A stretch of 60,619 nucleotides of DNA, counting the filler. It is 8 parts of 8 records of this genome, joined end to end, with 100 filler letters (N's around TTAATTAATTAA, not from the genome) between each part and the next. Parts side by side here need not be neighbours in the genome. Positions count along the whole stretch, not along the records: positions 26,662 to 34,762 come from SRR31147125_77052; positions 34,863 to 46,627 come from SRR31147125_77066; 6 more parts are not named here. The stretch is one strand, 5' to 3'. The first letter of the stretch is position 1. Each line of letters opens with the position of its first letter. The position numbers and the translations under genes were made by a program. Below the pieces are notes generated by a model, which did not search any database, was not told the origin of the DNA, and saw nothing but the letters and a program-made list of their open reading frames with translations. Of this stretch, positions 31,074 through 40,684 are shown piece by piece.

Positions 31074-32810
31074 ATGACCAACCAATATGAAAAATATCAA
31101 CAGCTTGCCCATGCGTTGCCGGCCACAACCCAAACCTGGAACCTGTACGGGGCCGGCATGGAGAATATCGGCAAAGGGGATCAGCCCGAAGCCTTTGACA
31201 TTCCTGAGCCGGGACCCGGACAACTGCTGGTCCGGATGGATGCTGTGGCCCTGTGCTTTTCAGATGTAAAAGTGATCAACCAGGGCAGAAAGCATCCCAA
31301 ACTCTACAACCGGGATTTGACAAAAGAACCCACCCGGCTGGGCCATGAAGCCGCCTTGACCATCATCAAGGCAGGCCGGGATCTGGAAAAGGAATTCAAG
31401 CCGGGTCAACGCTATGCCATGCAGCCGGACATCTACCAGGAGGGTAAAAGCACGGCCTACGGCTACACCATCCCCGGCGGTCTGGTGCAATACCACCTTA
31501 TCGGACCTGAGGTCCTGGACACCGATGCCGGATCCTGCCTGCTCAAGATTTCAGACCGACTGGCCTATGCCGAAGCCGCCCTGCTGGAACCCTGGGGCTG
31601 TGTCTGGGCAGCCTATACCCAGCGCCGACGCCTTGAACCCAAAGAAAACGGGGTCATGTGGATCAAAGGTCATAACGGCGATGACAAGACCTACGCCTTT
31701 TCAAAGGGGCTTGATGCGCCGGCAACCGTAATATTGACGGATGTGCCGGAGTCGGTTCAGGTCCTGGCCCAGAGTCATGCCCGAAACCTGGTGATCTGCA
31801 ACGGAAGCCATGGAACGGATCCCAAGGCCCTGGCCGATGAATTCACCAAGGGTGAGGGGTTTGACGATGTGGTGATCCTGGATCCTCGATCGGCTGAGGA
31901 ATTGACCCAAATCGCCCAACATGTGGCCAGGCGCGGCACCATGAACATGGTGGGACAAACAAAACTGGACGGACAGGTGGAGGCGGATGTGGGCCGGCTG
32001 CACTACGACTATCTGGCCTTTGTGGGCAACCCGGGAAATGATATTTCCGATTCCTACGGATTTGAGCGCAACCGCTGCGACCTGCGCAAAGGCGGCCTGG
32101 CGGTATTTGTGGGATCCGGCGGCCCCATGGGTCAAATGCATGTCCAAAGGGCCATTGAAAAAAAAGAGGGACCTGCCACGGTCATTGTCACAGATATCAA
32201 TACCCAGCGCCTTGCCGAGATCACCCAGAGATTCGCCCCCCTGACCCAGGCCAACAATTGCCGGCTGCTCACCTTCAACCCCATGGAAAATGAACAGGGC
32301 CTGGTGGAATTTGTCATGGACGTCAGCCAGGGCCGCGGGGCCGACGATGTGGTGGTCTGCGTTCCCAATGCCCAGATCATGGCCGAGTCTGCAAGTGTCC
32401 TGAAAGAGGACGGCATGCTGGTTCTTTTTGCCGGGGTTCCCAACGGCACCCTGGCCCCCCTGGATTTCAGCTCGATCTATCTGGGCAATGCCCAGTACAC
32501 CGGAACCTCGGGCCTGACCATTGAAGACCAGACCGTTGTCATGGAAAACGCCCTGGAGGGCAATATTGCCCCGGCCGTATGCGTGGCAGCCATCGGCGGG
32601 ATAAAATCCGCCAAAAAAGGCATCCAGGCCATGATCGATGCCCGTTATCCGGGTAAAATCCTGATCTTCCCCCAATTGGAAGACCTGGATCTGATGGGGC
32701 TGGATCAATTGGCTGAAAAACTGCCCCAGGTGGCCCAGAAACTTGGGCCGGGCAACACCTGGACCCATGAGGCAGAAAAGGCTTTGTTCCAAACCCTATT
32801 GAAAGGATGA
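31074..32810 (+). CDS. Zn-dependent MDR dehydrogenase, L-sorbose-1-phosphate reductase (SorE/YggP)-like, with internal duplication
   Basis: ALCFSD, GHEA and LLEPWGC zinc ligands; VGSGGPMGQMH nucleotide-binding motif; two G.G.DDVV segments; ATG 31074 after AAGGA. Confidence 0.75.
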   Translation: MTNQYEKYQQLAHALPATTQTWNLYGAGMENIGKGDQPEAFDIPEPGPGQLLVRMDAVALCFSDVKVINQGRKHPKLYNRDLTKEPTRLGHEAALTIIKAGRDLEKEFKPGQRYAMQPDIYQEGKSTAYGYTIPGGLVQYHLIGPEVLDTDAGSCLLKISDRLAYAEAALLEPWGCVWAAYTQRRRLEPKENGVMWIKGHNGDDKTYAFSKGLDAPATVILTDVPESVQVLAQSHARNLVICNGSHGTDPKALADEFTKGEGFDDVVILDPRSAEELTQIAQHVARRGTMNMVGQTKLDGQVEADVGRLHYDYLAFVGNPGNDISDSYGFERNRCDLRKGGLAVFVGSGGPMGQMHVQRAIEKKEGPATVIVTDINTQRLAEITQRFAPLTQANNCRLLTFNPMENEQGLVEFVMDVSQGRGADDVVVCVPNAQIMAESASVLKEDGMLVLFAGVPNGTLAPLDFSSIYLGNAQYTGTSGLTIEDQTVVMENALEGNIAPAVCVAAIGGIKSAKKGIQAMIDARYPGKILIFPQLEDLDLMGLDQLAEKLPQVAQKLGPGNTWTHEAEKALFQTLLKG

Positions 32811-32814
32811 TCCC

Positions 32815-33742
32815 TTGATTTATACACTGACACTGAACCCGGCAGTAGACCGGGAGCTTCTGGTCGATGAGATCATTTTCAGCACCGTGTTAAGGGCTGG
32901 GGAGTTCAGGGTGGACTGCGGGGGCAAAGGATTTAACGTCAGCCGGATGCTCAAGGCATTGGACCGGGAAAGCACGGCCCTGGGGTTTGCAGCAGGCAGA
33001 GCCGGAGAATTTCTCAATGACGCCTTAAATGACCTTGGCATCCATACGGACTTTCTCTGGGTTAAAGGGGAGACCCGCACCAATGTCAGCATTGTCAGCA
33101 CCCGGGACGGGCAATATGTCAAAGCCAACGAGCCTGGGCCCACAATCTGTCCAGCCGACGCCCGGGCATTATTGGACAAGATAAACCACCTGGCCCGGGA
33201 AAATGACCTCTGGGTTCTGGCCGGAAGTCTGCCTCCGGGAATCCCACCGGATATTTACAGCCAGATGATTCAGATTCTGAAAACAGCCGGGGCCAGAGTG
33301 ATTCTTGATACCAGCGGCCAGAGCCTTGGGGCAAGCTGCAAGGCCGGACCCTTTCTGGTCAAGCCCAATGACGAGGAGGCCCGGGCGCTAACGGGGATGA
33401 CGGCAGAGACCCCCAAGACCTGGTCCGGGCAGGCCGGATCATCCAGGGTATGGGCCCTGAACATGTGGTGATTTCCATGGGCAAGGCCGGTGCCATACTG
33501 ATTTCCGGTGATGGGGCCTGGATGGCAAAAGCCCCGAAATCAAGGAACAAAATCCCATTGGTGCCGGGGATTCCATGGTGGGAGGCCTTGTCTGGGCGAT
33601 CAGCCGGGACATGGGCCCGGAGAAAGCCCTGGGCTACGGCATTGCCTGCGGTGCAGCCACCGCCGCCCAAAAGGGAACCGGTATTGGTTCCCGGGAGCTG
33701 GTGGACACACTTCTGCCCCAGGTCAAACTAACAAAACTTTAA
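32815..33742 (+). CDS. 1-phosphofructokinase/PfkB family kinase (frameshifts ~33410-33414 and ~33536)
   Basis: TLTLNPAVD, GGKGFNVS, GSLPPG, LVKPN; shifted frames give MGPEHVVISMG and NPIGAGDSMVGG, ending at 33742. Confidence 0.85.
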
Positions 33743-33751
33743 GGGGGGATC

Positions 33752-34744
33752 ATGGTGGATTACAAAAAAATGGGACTGGTCAATACCCGGTCCATGCTGA
33801 ATCGTGCTGCCACAGGCGGCTATGCTGTGCCAGCCTACAATTTTAACAACATGGAGCAACTCCAGGCCATTGTCCAGGCCTGCGTCCAAACACAGTCTCC
33901 GGTGATCCTCCAGGTCTCATCCAGCGCCAGAGACTACATTCATCCCACGCTGTTAAGGCACCTGGCCCGGGGGGCGGTCGAGTATGCCCAGGCCCTTGGC
34001 AGCAGCATTCCCATTGCCCTTCATCTGGACCACGGCAGCTCATTTGAACTCTGCTGTGACTGTATTGAATCGGGGTTTTCATCGGTGATGATCGACGGGT
34101 CACACCTTGACTATGAATCCAATATTGAACTGACGGCAAAGGTGGTGGGCTTTGCCCATGAACACGATGTAACCGTGGAAGGCGAGCTGGGGGTCCTGGC
34201 CGGTGTGGAAGACGAGATTGTGGCCGAAACATCCACCTATACCGACCCCTGGCAGGTCCAGGACTTTGTCAACAGAACCCGGGTGGATTCTTTGGCCATC
34301 TCCATCGGCACCTCCCATGGCGCCAATAAATTCACCCCGGAGCAATGCACCCGGAACCCTGAGGGCATCCTTGAGCCCCCGCCCCTGAGGTTTGACATCC
34401 TAGAAGAGATCGAAAAAAAGCTGCCCGGGTTTCCCATTGTGCTTCACGGGGCCTCCTCGGTTCCCGGAGAAGCGGTCAAGGCCATCAACCAATACGGGGG
34501 CAGACTGGAACATGCCATTGGTATCCCAGAAGAACAGCTGAAGAAAGCAGCGGCCATGGCTGTGAGCAAAATCAACGTGGATTCCGACGGCAGGCTGGCC
34601 ATGACCATGGCCGTCAGAAAAATATTTTCAACGGCGCCGGAACAATTTGACCCCAGAAAATATCTGGGTCCTGCCCGGGACGCATTAATTAATTTATACG
34701 CCTATAAAAACAAGCATGTACTGGGATCCGCAGGCCAGGCATAA
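33752..34744 (+). CDS. fba: Class II fructose-1,6-bisphosphate aldolase
   Basis: LHLDHG, SVMIDGS, VEGELG, IGTSHG, LHGAS, KINVDSDGR. Confidence 0.94.
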   Translation: MVDYKKMGLVNTRSMLNRAATGGYAVPAYNFNNMEQLQAIVQACVQTQSPVILQVSSSARDYIHPTLLRHLARGAVEYAQALGSSIPIALHLDHGSSFELCCDCIESGFSSVMIDGSHLDYESNIELTAKVVGFAHEHDVTVEGELGVLAGVEDEIVAETSTYTDPWQVQDFVNRTRVDSLAISIGTSHGANKFTPEQCTRNPEGILEPPPLRFDILEEIEKKLPGFPIVLHGASSVPGEAVKAINQYGGRLEHAIGIPEEQLKKAAAMAVSKINVDSDGRLAMTMAVRKIFSTAPEQFDPRKYLGPARDALINLYAYKNKHVLGSAGQA

Positions 34745-34762
34745 CCCCAACCCAATAAAAAA

Positions 34763-34862
34763 NNNNNNNNNNNNNNNNNNNNNNNNNNNNNNNNNNNNNN
34801 NNNNNNTTAATTAATTAANNNNNNNNNNNNNNNNNNNNNNNNNNNNNNNNNNNNNNNNNNNN
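34763..34862. other. Artificial contig spacer
   Basis: N44-TTAATTAATTAA-N44. Confidence 0.99.
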
Positions 34863-35717
34863 GTTCTTGATACGGCTAAAGTGGTGGCAGCCGTTTTAAA
34901 TAGTGAGCAGACGCTGAGTCAGATTATTGGCAACGACAAGCTAAATGGACGTAAAATATGGCTTGCATGCCTGCCCACCACATCGGGGACTGGTAGTGAA
35001 GTATCGCCAAATGCGCTTTTGTTCGATGAGTCGGATCATCAGAAAAAAGCCGTAATTAGTCCTTATTTAGTTCCCGATGCTGCCTACGTGGATCCAAATC
35101 TTACTCTTTCGGTACCTTCACACATAACAGCTGCGACCGGCTTTGATGCAATGATCCATTGTCTTGAGGCTTACACAAATATCAATGCTCACCCACTTGT
35201 TGACCTTTTCGCCCTGGAAGGCGTCCGATTGGTCAGTGAAAATCTGCAGCGAGCGGTAATAAATTGCAGGGATATTGAGTCGAGAATAAATTTGGCACGC
35301 GCGAGTCTTTATGGTGGCAAATGTCTTGGACCGGTTAATACTGCTGCTGTTCATGCGCTTGCTTATCCGCTTGCAAACAGGTTTCATATAACTCATGGTT
35401 TGTCTGTGGCAGTCCTGTTGCCTTTTGTTTTTGAGTATAATATTTCGGCCAATCCCAAAAAACATGCAGATGTTGCTTTGGCGCTGGGTGCACAGGCAGG
35501 ATCTTCCGATGAAGAAACTGCGTTATATGGTGTTGAGAAAATAAAAAAGCTAATGACAGCCTGCGGTTTATCGTTAAAACTTGCTGACTTTATCTCCTTA
35601 AATGATTTACCCTCAATAGCAGAGGATGCCATTAAAATCGAACGATTGTTGAACAATAATCCTAGAAAGATGAATAAAACAGATATTATTGATATTTTCC
35701 AAAACGCATTGAGATAG
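34863..35717 (+). CDS. Iron-containing (type III) alcohol dehydrogenase, 5'-truncated
   Basis: (V)LDTAK at the contig edge; PTTSGTGSE, DAMIHCLE, HALAY, HG metal ligands. Confidence 0.9.
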   Translation, partial: VLDTAKVVAAVLNSEQTLSQIIGNDKLNGRKIWLACLPTTSGTGSEVSPNALLFDESDHQKKAVISPYLVPDAAYVDPNLTLSVPSHITAATGFDAMIHCLEAYTNINAHPLVDLFALEGVRLVSENLQRAVINCRDIESRINLARASLYGGKCLGPVNTAAVHALAYPLANRFHITHGLSVAVLLPFVFEYNISANPKKHADVALALGAQAGSSDEETALYGVEKIKKLMTACGLSLKLADFISLNDLPSIAEDAIKIERLLNNNPRKMNKTDIIDIFQNALR

Positions 35718-35727
35718 AGGCGAAAAT

Positions 35728-36639
35728 TTGAACAGATTAAAAAAGAAATATTCAGGTGTAATCGTTCCGATGGTTACGCCATTCGACAATGACGGACGGA
35801 TTGATTTATTAGCAACAGAACGCATTACCGAGTTTTTACTGGAAAATGGAACATCTCCGTTTGTGCTTGGGACCACCGGAGAATCTGCATCCATCCCGGA
35901 TGAATATCGACTCAATTTTGTAAAAAATGTTGTTAAAATAACCGCCGGAAGATCGTTGACTTTTGCGGGAATTGCATCCAATTGTTTTGAGTCGTCTGTT
36001 AATCTTGCCAAACATTATTTTGATTTTGGAGTGGATGCAGTTGTTGCTCATCTTCCGGGTTATTATCCGCTAAATAAGGATCAGATGCTATCTTATTTTG
36101 AATCTCTAGCTGATGCTTGTCAAGGACCGATGATTTTATATAATATTCCCAAGACAACGCATCATTCCATTCCGTTGGACCTTATCGACCATCTTGGTCA
36201 ACATTCGAATATTTGTGGATTAAAAGATTCAGAGCGAGATTTGGCAAGACTCGAAAAAGCAATTTCTATGTGGAAAGAAAGACCGGATTTCAGTTTCCTG
36301 ATTGGTTGGGCAGCGCAGTCATCATATGGGCTGTCATTGGGTGCTGACGGTATTGTTCCAAGTACAGGAAATATTATACCGGATATGTACAGCAAAATTT
36401 ACAACGCCGTGTTAAAAGGTGATTCTTCAACCGCAGATTTATATCAGCAGAAAACCGGTAAAATTTCACAAATTTATCAAAAGGACAAGATTCTCAGTGA
36501 ATCGATTCCCGCTTTAAAAATCATCATGAATTATCTTGGCTTGTGCGGCCCCCATGTGTTGCCTCCCCTAATAGAGCCGTCTAACGAGGTTCGGGAGGAT
36601 ATTCACAAAAAAATGAAAGTATTGGGATTAATGTCCTGA
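35728..36639 (+). CDS. DHDPS/NAL superfamily class I aldolase
   Basis: MVTPF, GTTGES, ILYNIP (Tyr), GLKDS (Schiff-base Lys). Confidence 0.9.
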   Translation: MNRLKKKYSGVIVPMVTPFDNDGRIDLLATERITEFLLENGTSPFVLGTTGESASIPDEYRLNFVKNVVKITAGRSLTFAGIASNCFESSVNLAKHYFDFGVDAVVAHLPGYYPLNKDQMLSYFESLADACQGPMILYNIPKTTHHSIPLDLIDHLGQHSNICGLKDSERDLARLEKAISMWKERPDFSFLIGWAAQSSYGLSLGADGIVPSTGNIIPDMYSKIYNAVLKGDSSTADLYQQKTGKISQIYQKDKILSESIPALKIIMNYLGLCGPHVLPPLIEPSNEVREDIHKKMKVLGLMS

Positions 36640-36680
36640 CGAATGTGCAGCCGCTTGAGTCATAGGAACAGGATCATCAA

Positions 36681-37724
36681 ATGATAGACAAAAATAATAA
36701 ACCTTTAATTGGCATCACTATGGGTGACCCGGCTGGAATTGGCCCGGAAATCGCACTAAAGGCGCTTCAAAAAAGAAAAGTGAATGAGATTTGTCGTCCT
36801 ATAATAATAGGCGATGCAAAAGTACTTGAATCGGCTGCTGAATTCACTGGTTTGACTGTTCAAATTAGACCGATATCATCTATCGAAAAGACCGATTTCA
36901 ATGCCAATATTATTAATGTGTATGATTTGAATAATGTCGATCTCTCAAGAATTTCGTTTGGTCAAATATCTGCGCATGCCGGATATGCTGCTTATGAAGC
37001 TATTGCAAAGGTCATTCAACTGGCACTGGATAATAAAATCGATGCAACAGTGACAGGCCCGATAAACAAAGAGTCTATTCACCTGGCCGGTTTTCCTTTC
37101 CCCGGGCACACAGAGATATTTGCACACTTTACCAATTCACCGGATACTGCCATGCTGCTGGTCTATGACAATCTTCGGGTCATTCATGTTACGACTCATG
37201 TTCCATTAAAAAGTGCATGCGAATTAATCAAAAAGGAGCGAATTGTCATAGTTATTCGGTTATTAGCAGATGGTTGTCAGACCTTGGGAATTGCTTCGCC
37301 AAAAATCGGTGTTGCAGGTCTCAATCCCCACGCCAGCGACGGTGGTCTGTTTGGCTCTGAAGAGCAAGAGGAAATATTACCGGCTGTTAATGAAGTCATA
37401 TCACTTGGTATTGATGCGGAGGGACCGATTCCGCCTGATTCTCTTTTCCCTAAGGCGATTGGTGGGTATTATGATGGTTGTGTTGCTATGTACCATGATC
37501 AGGGGCATATTCCCTTCAAGTTGGTGGGATTTTCGTGGGATCAAAAATTGCAGTGCATGTCCAGCGTTAAGGGTGTTAATGTGACACTTGGACTTCCTAT
37601 TATCCGAACATCTGTGGATCACGGGACTGCATTTGAGATTGCCGGGAAAGGAATGGCCAGCGAAGACGCAATGGTGCATGCAATAGAGTACGCAGTAAAA
37701 ATGACAAGAAATAAGCTCCACTAA
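36681..37724 (+). CDS. pdxA: PdxA family (PdxA2-type) 4-phospho-tetronate dehydrogenase
   Basis: MGDPAGIGPE, GHTE, LNPHA, YHDQGHIP, RTSVDHGTA; adjacent to a DUF1537 kinase. Confidence 0.92.
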   Translation: MIDKNNKPLIGITMGDPAGIGPEIALKALQKRKVNEICRPIIIGDAKVLESAAEFTGLTVQIRPISSIEKTDFNANIINVYDLNNVDLSRISFGQISAHAGYAAYEAIAKVIQLALDNKIDATVTGPINKESIHLAGFPFPGHTEIFAHFTNSPDTAMLLVYDNLRVIHVTTHVPLKSACELIKKERIVIVIRLLADGCQTLGIASPKIGVAGLNPHASDGGLFGSEEQEEILPAVNEVISLGIDAEGPIPPDSLFPKAIGGYYDGCVAMYHDQGHIPFKLVGFSWDQKLQCMSSVKGVNVTLGLPIIRTSVDHGTAFEIAGKGMASEDAMVHAIEYAVKMTRNKLH

Positions 37725-37741
37725 AAAACGTAAGAACTTTT

Positions 37742-38893
37742 ATGATTGCTGTGCTTGCAGATGATTTTACCGGTGCCGCAGAAATTTCGGGTATCGCTAT
37801 CCGCTACGGATTAAAAACTGAACTACAGACTGATATTCTGTCGGATCCCCAATCGGACATTTATGTTATTGATACAAATACCCGTTCTGCTACTAAAGAC
37901 GCTGCCATGGCAACATTTGACAGGATCCTTCCCAGACTTCTCAAGTTGGAGCCACTTTGGATTTTCAAAAAAACCGACTCTGTTCTTCGCGGTCATGTTA
38001 TCCATGAATTAATTTCGACCATGAAAGCATGTGGAAAGAATATGACACTTTTAATCCCTACGAACCCTGAAAAAGGTCGCATCATTCACAAAGGGAACTA
38101 TTATATTAATGGAGAATTGTTGCATAAAACGACCTTTTCTGATGATCCTGAGTATCCAGCACGCACAGCTGATGTATTAAAGTTATTGGGAAGTCCTGGT
38201 GAAATTAAAACAAGTGTTTTAAAACCAGACCAGCAATTGCCTTCAAAGGGAATTGTTGTTGGGGAGACAAGAAACCGGAAAGAATTGGAGCAATGGACTA
38301 AAAAATGGGAAAGCAGCATGCTTCCGGCAGGAAGTGCAGAATTTTTCGAAATGCTGTTACAACAGCTCGGATATCAGGAAAATATATTCAATTCAATTCA
38401 AAAATTATTAACAGGTAAAAGGGTGCTTGTCATCTGGGGTAGCAGTCTTTTAAAAACGAGCAAGACATATGACATTTTTCGAAACGCAGGATTTAATATA
38501 GTCGAAATTCCGGTACCACCCAATGCGATAGAATTGATTAAAGAATCGGTTTTGACTGAAATGGTACGCCTCGTTTCTGAAAAAATGTCGCGCAATGAAA
38601 GAGTGGTATTTTCATTTAAAAGAGAGCAAATTAAAAAAACAACGGTCAATCCGTCAATTTCAGAAATATCCGGAAATCTTGTTAAGGAGATTGTGCAACG
38701 TTTTGATATTAAAGAATTGCTTATTGAAGGAGGCTCAACAGCATCGACTATTGTGAGGCAATTAAACTGGGAGCGATTTACACCAGTTCAGGAAATTTTA
38801 CCGGGTGTTGTCCGGCTCCAGGTAGAGTCCCACCCAGGTGCATATCTAACCGTAAAACCTGGAAGTTATGATTGGCCGTCGAATCTGATATAA
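37742..38893 (+). CDS. Four-carbon acid sugar kinase (DUF1537; DtnK/DenK-like)
   Basis: ADDFTGA, KKTDSVLRG, EGGSTA, VKPGS. Confidence 0.9.
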   Translation: MIAVLADDFTGAAEISGIAIRYGLKTELQTDILSDPQSDIYVIDTNTRSATKDAAMATFDRILPRLLKLEPLWIFKKTDSVLRGHVIHELISTMKACGKNMTLLIPTNPEKGRIIHKGNYYINGELLHKTTFSDDPEYPARTADVLKLLGSPGEIKTSVLKPDQQLPSKGIVVGETRNRKELEQWTKKWESSMLPAGSAEFFEMLLQQLGYQENIFNSIQKLLTGKRVLVIWGSSLLKTSKTYDIFRNAGFNIVEIPVPPNAIELIKESVLTEMVRLVSEKMSRNERVVFSFKREQIKKTTVNPSISEISGNLVKEIVQRFDIKELLIEGGSTASTIVRQLNWERFTPVQEILPGVVRLQVESHPGAYLTVKPGSYDWPSNLI

Positions 38894-38920
38894 AAGTGGA
38901 TTAAACAAGAGGAACGTATT

Positions 38921-40486
38921 ATGCAAACGCCATCGCTGCACTTGTTCGATTATTTTGTTGTTATTATATCATTAGTTGTTGCTTTGGGTATTGGTATATC
39001 ATTCTCCCGCCGTCAAAACAGTACAAATAAATATTTTGCCGGAGCAGGTTCAATCCCGTCCTGGGCTGTCGGGATGTCCATTTTGGCTACACTTATTAGC
39101 AGCGTTACATTTCTTGCCTACCCCGGAGAAGGCTACTCCTCCAACTGGATTTTACTGGTTCAGGGATTGATGGTTCCAATCGTTTTGGTATTTCTGGTGC
39201 GTTTTGTAGTGCCACTTTACCGAAACGTGATCGGTTTGAGCGCCTATGAATATTTCGAAAAGCGGTTTGGCTTTCTGGCCCGTTTGTATGGATCGCTCGC
39301 CTTTATCTTAACCCATTTCTCAAAAATGGGAACTGTTTTTTTTCTGCTCGGTTTGGCCCTCTCAAAAATGATAGGAGTTAACACGTACATAATTATTTGG
39401 GTGCTTGGAATTGCCATTATTTTTTTAACACTGATAGGCGGAATTGAAGCCGTGATCTGGCTTGATGTTATCCAGGGCTTTATGTTAATTGCAGGTGGTT
39501 TACTGTGCGTCGCTGTTTTATTATTCCGACCAGAGGGAGGGCCGGCTGCCATCTTTCAGATAGCTTTTGAAAATAACAAAATTGGGTTCAGTCCCTATGA
39601 ATGGGACCTTACCAAACTGACCTTTCTAGTGATGGTCCTGAATGGTATCTTTTACGCTATTCAAAAATATGGAACCGACCAGACGATTATACAGCGATAC
39701 CTCACTGCGCGATCAGATAAAAGTGCAATCAAAGCAGCCTTAATGGGAGTATTTTTGAGCGTACCTGTTTGGACTTTGTTTATGTTTATTGGAACCGCAC
39801 TCTTTGCGTATTATAAAATAACGGGAGCATCGCTGCCCGCTGATATTCGACCTGATGCTGTATTTCCATTATTTATCATGACTGAATTGCCTGTTGGATT
39901 AACAGGTTTGATTCTGGCTGCGCTAATGGCTGCGGCCATTTCGAGTCTCGATTCCGATTTGAATTGCCTTGCTGCAATCGGTGTGGACGATTACTATGCC
40001 AGGATTAAACCCAATAGTACAGATGAGCAGAGACTGAAGGTAGGGCGTATACTGGTGGCACTTTCAGGCATTGCCGCAATGATCGTTGCGACGCTGTATA
40101 TTAAAGCGGGAAACAAAGGTGTATTGGGAATTGTATTCGGACTATATGCTATTTTTTCCGGCGGCATTGCCGGTTTGTTTTTACTTGGATTATTTAGCAG
40201 GCGTGCAAACAAATCCGGACTTTATGTGGGTATTGTTGCCAGCGTTTTATTTACGGCATGGGCTGTTCTTACATCTACAAAGTTTTCAATTGGAGGAGAA
40301 TCGCGTGTGATATTGGATTTAGGACGATTCAATTTTTCCCATCACAAGTATATGCTCGGTGTTTACAGCCATTTGATTCTGTTTGGTGTTGGTTATATTG
40401 CCAGTCTCTTTTTTAAACGTGAAAAACCTGATGAAAGCCTGACCATTTATGGCTGGTTAAAATGGAAAGAAAAAATCACCAACTAA
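38921..40486 (+). CDS. Sodium:solute symporter (SiaT-like subgroup)
   Basis: SILATLISSVTFLAYPG, SAYEYFEKRFG, GGIEAVIWLD, DQTIIQRYL, AAISSLDS; many TM helices. Confidence 0.9.
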   Translation: MQTPSLHLFDYFVVIISLVVALGIGISFSRRQNSTNKYFAGAGSIPSWAVGMSILATLISSVTFLAYPGEGYSSNWILLVQGLMVPIVLVFLVRFVVPLYRNVIGLSAYEYFEKRFGFLARLYGSLAFILTHFSKMGTVFFLLGLALSKMIGVNTYIIIWVLGIAIIFLTLIGGIEAVIWLDVIQGFMLIAGGLLCVAVLLFRPEGGPAAIFQIAFENNKIGFSPYEWDLTKLTFLVMVLNGIFYAIQKYGTDQTIIQRYLTARSDKSAIKAALMGVFLSVPVWTLFMFIGTALFAYYKITGASLPADIRPDAVFPLFIMTELPVGLTGLILAALMAAAISSLDSDLNCLAAIGVDDYYARIKPNSTDEQRLKVGRILVALSGIAAMIVATLYIKAGNKGVLGIVFGLYAIFSGGIAGLFLLGLFSRRANKSGLYVGIVASVLFTAWAVLTSTKFSIGGESRVILDLGRFNFSHHKYMLGVYSHLILFGVGYIASLFFKREKPDESLTIYGWLKWKEKITN

Positions 40487-40684
40487 AAAATGCACAAATT
40501 ATAGCAATAGAATTAATCGAGATGAAATGATTGAATTTAATAACATTTCTCCTCCAAAATACCCAATATCTTGATTTACCAGGAGTCTATCAGAATAACA
40601 TACTGGACGTGATAACTGATTTTTGGATGGAGAATTCTGATAATTTTTGTAGAATCAACCATTTAATGAAAAAGTGAGTTTCCG

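Noticed and set aside
31701-32792. 363-aa minus-strand ORF, and similar antisense ORFs across contigs 5, 7 and 8
   Set aside because: Shadows of well-supported genes, caused by codon bias.
36681-37724. PdxA as a vitamin B6 biosynthesis gene
   Set aside because: Adjacency to a DUF1537 kinase and a transporter indicates the catabolic PdxA2 type.
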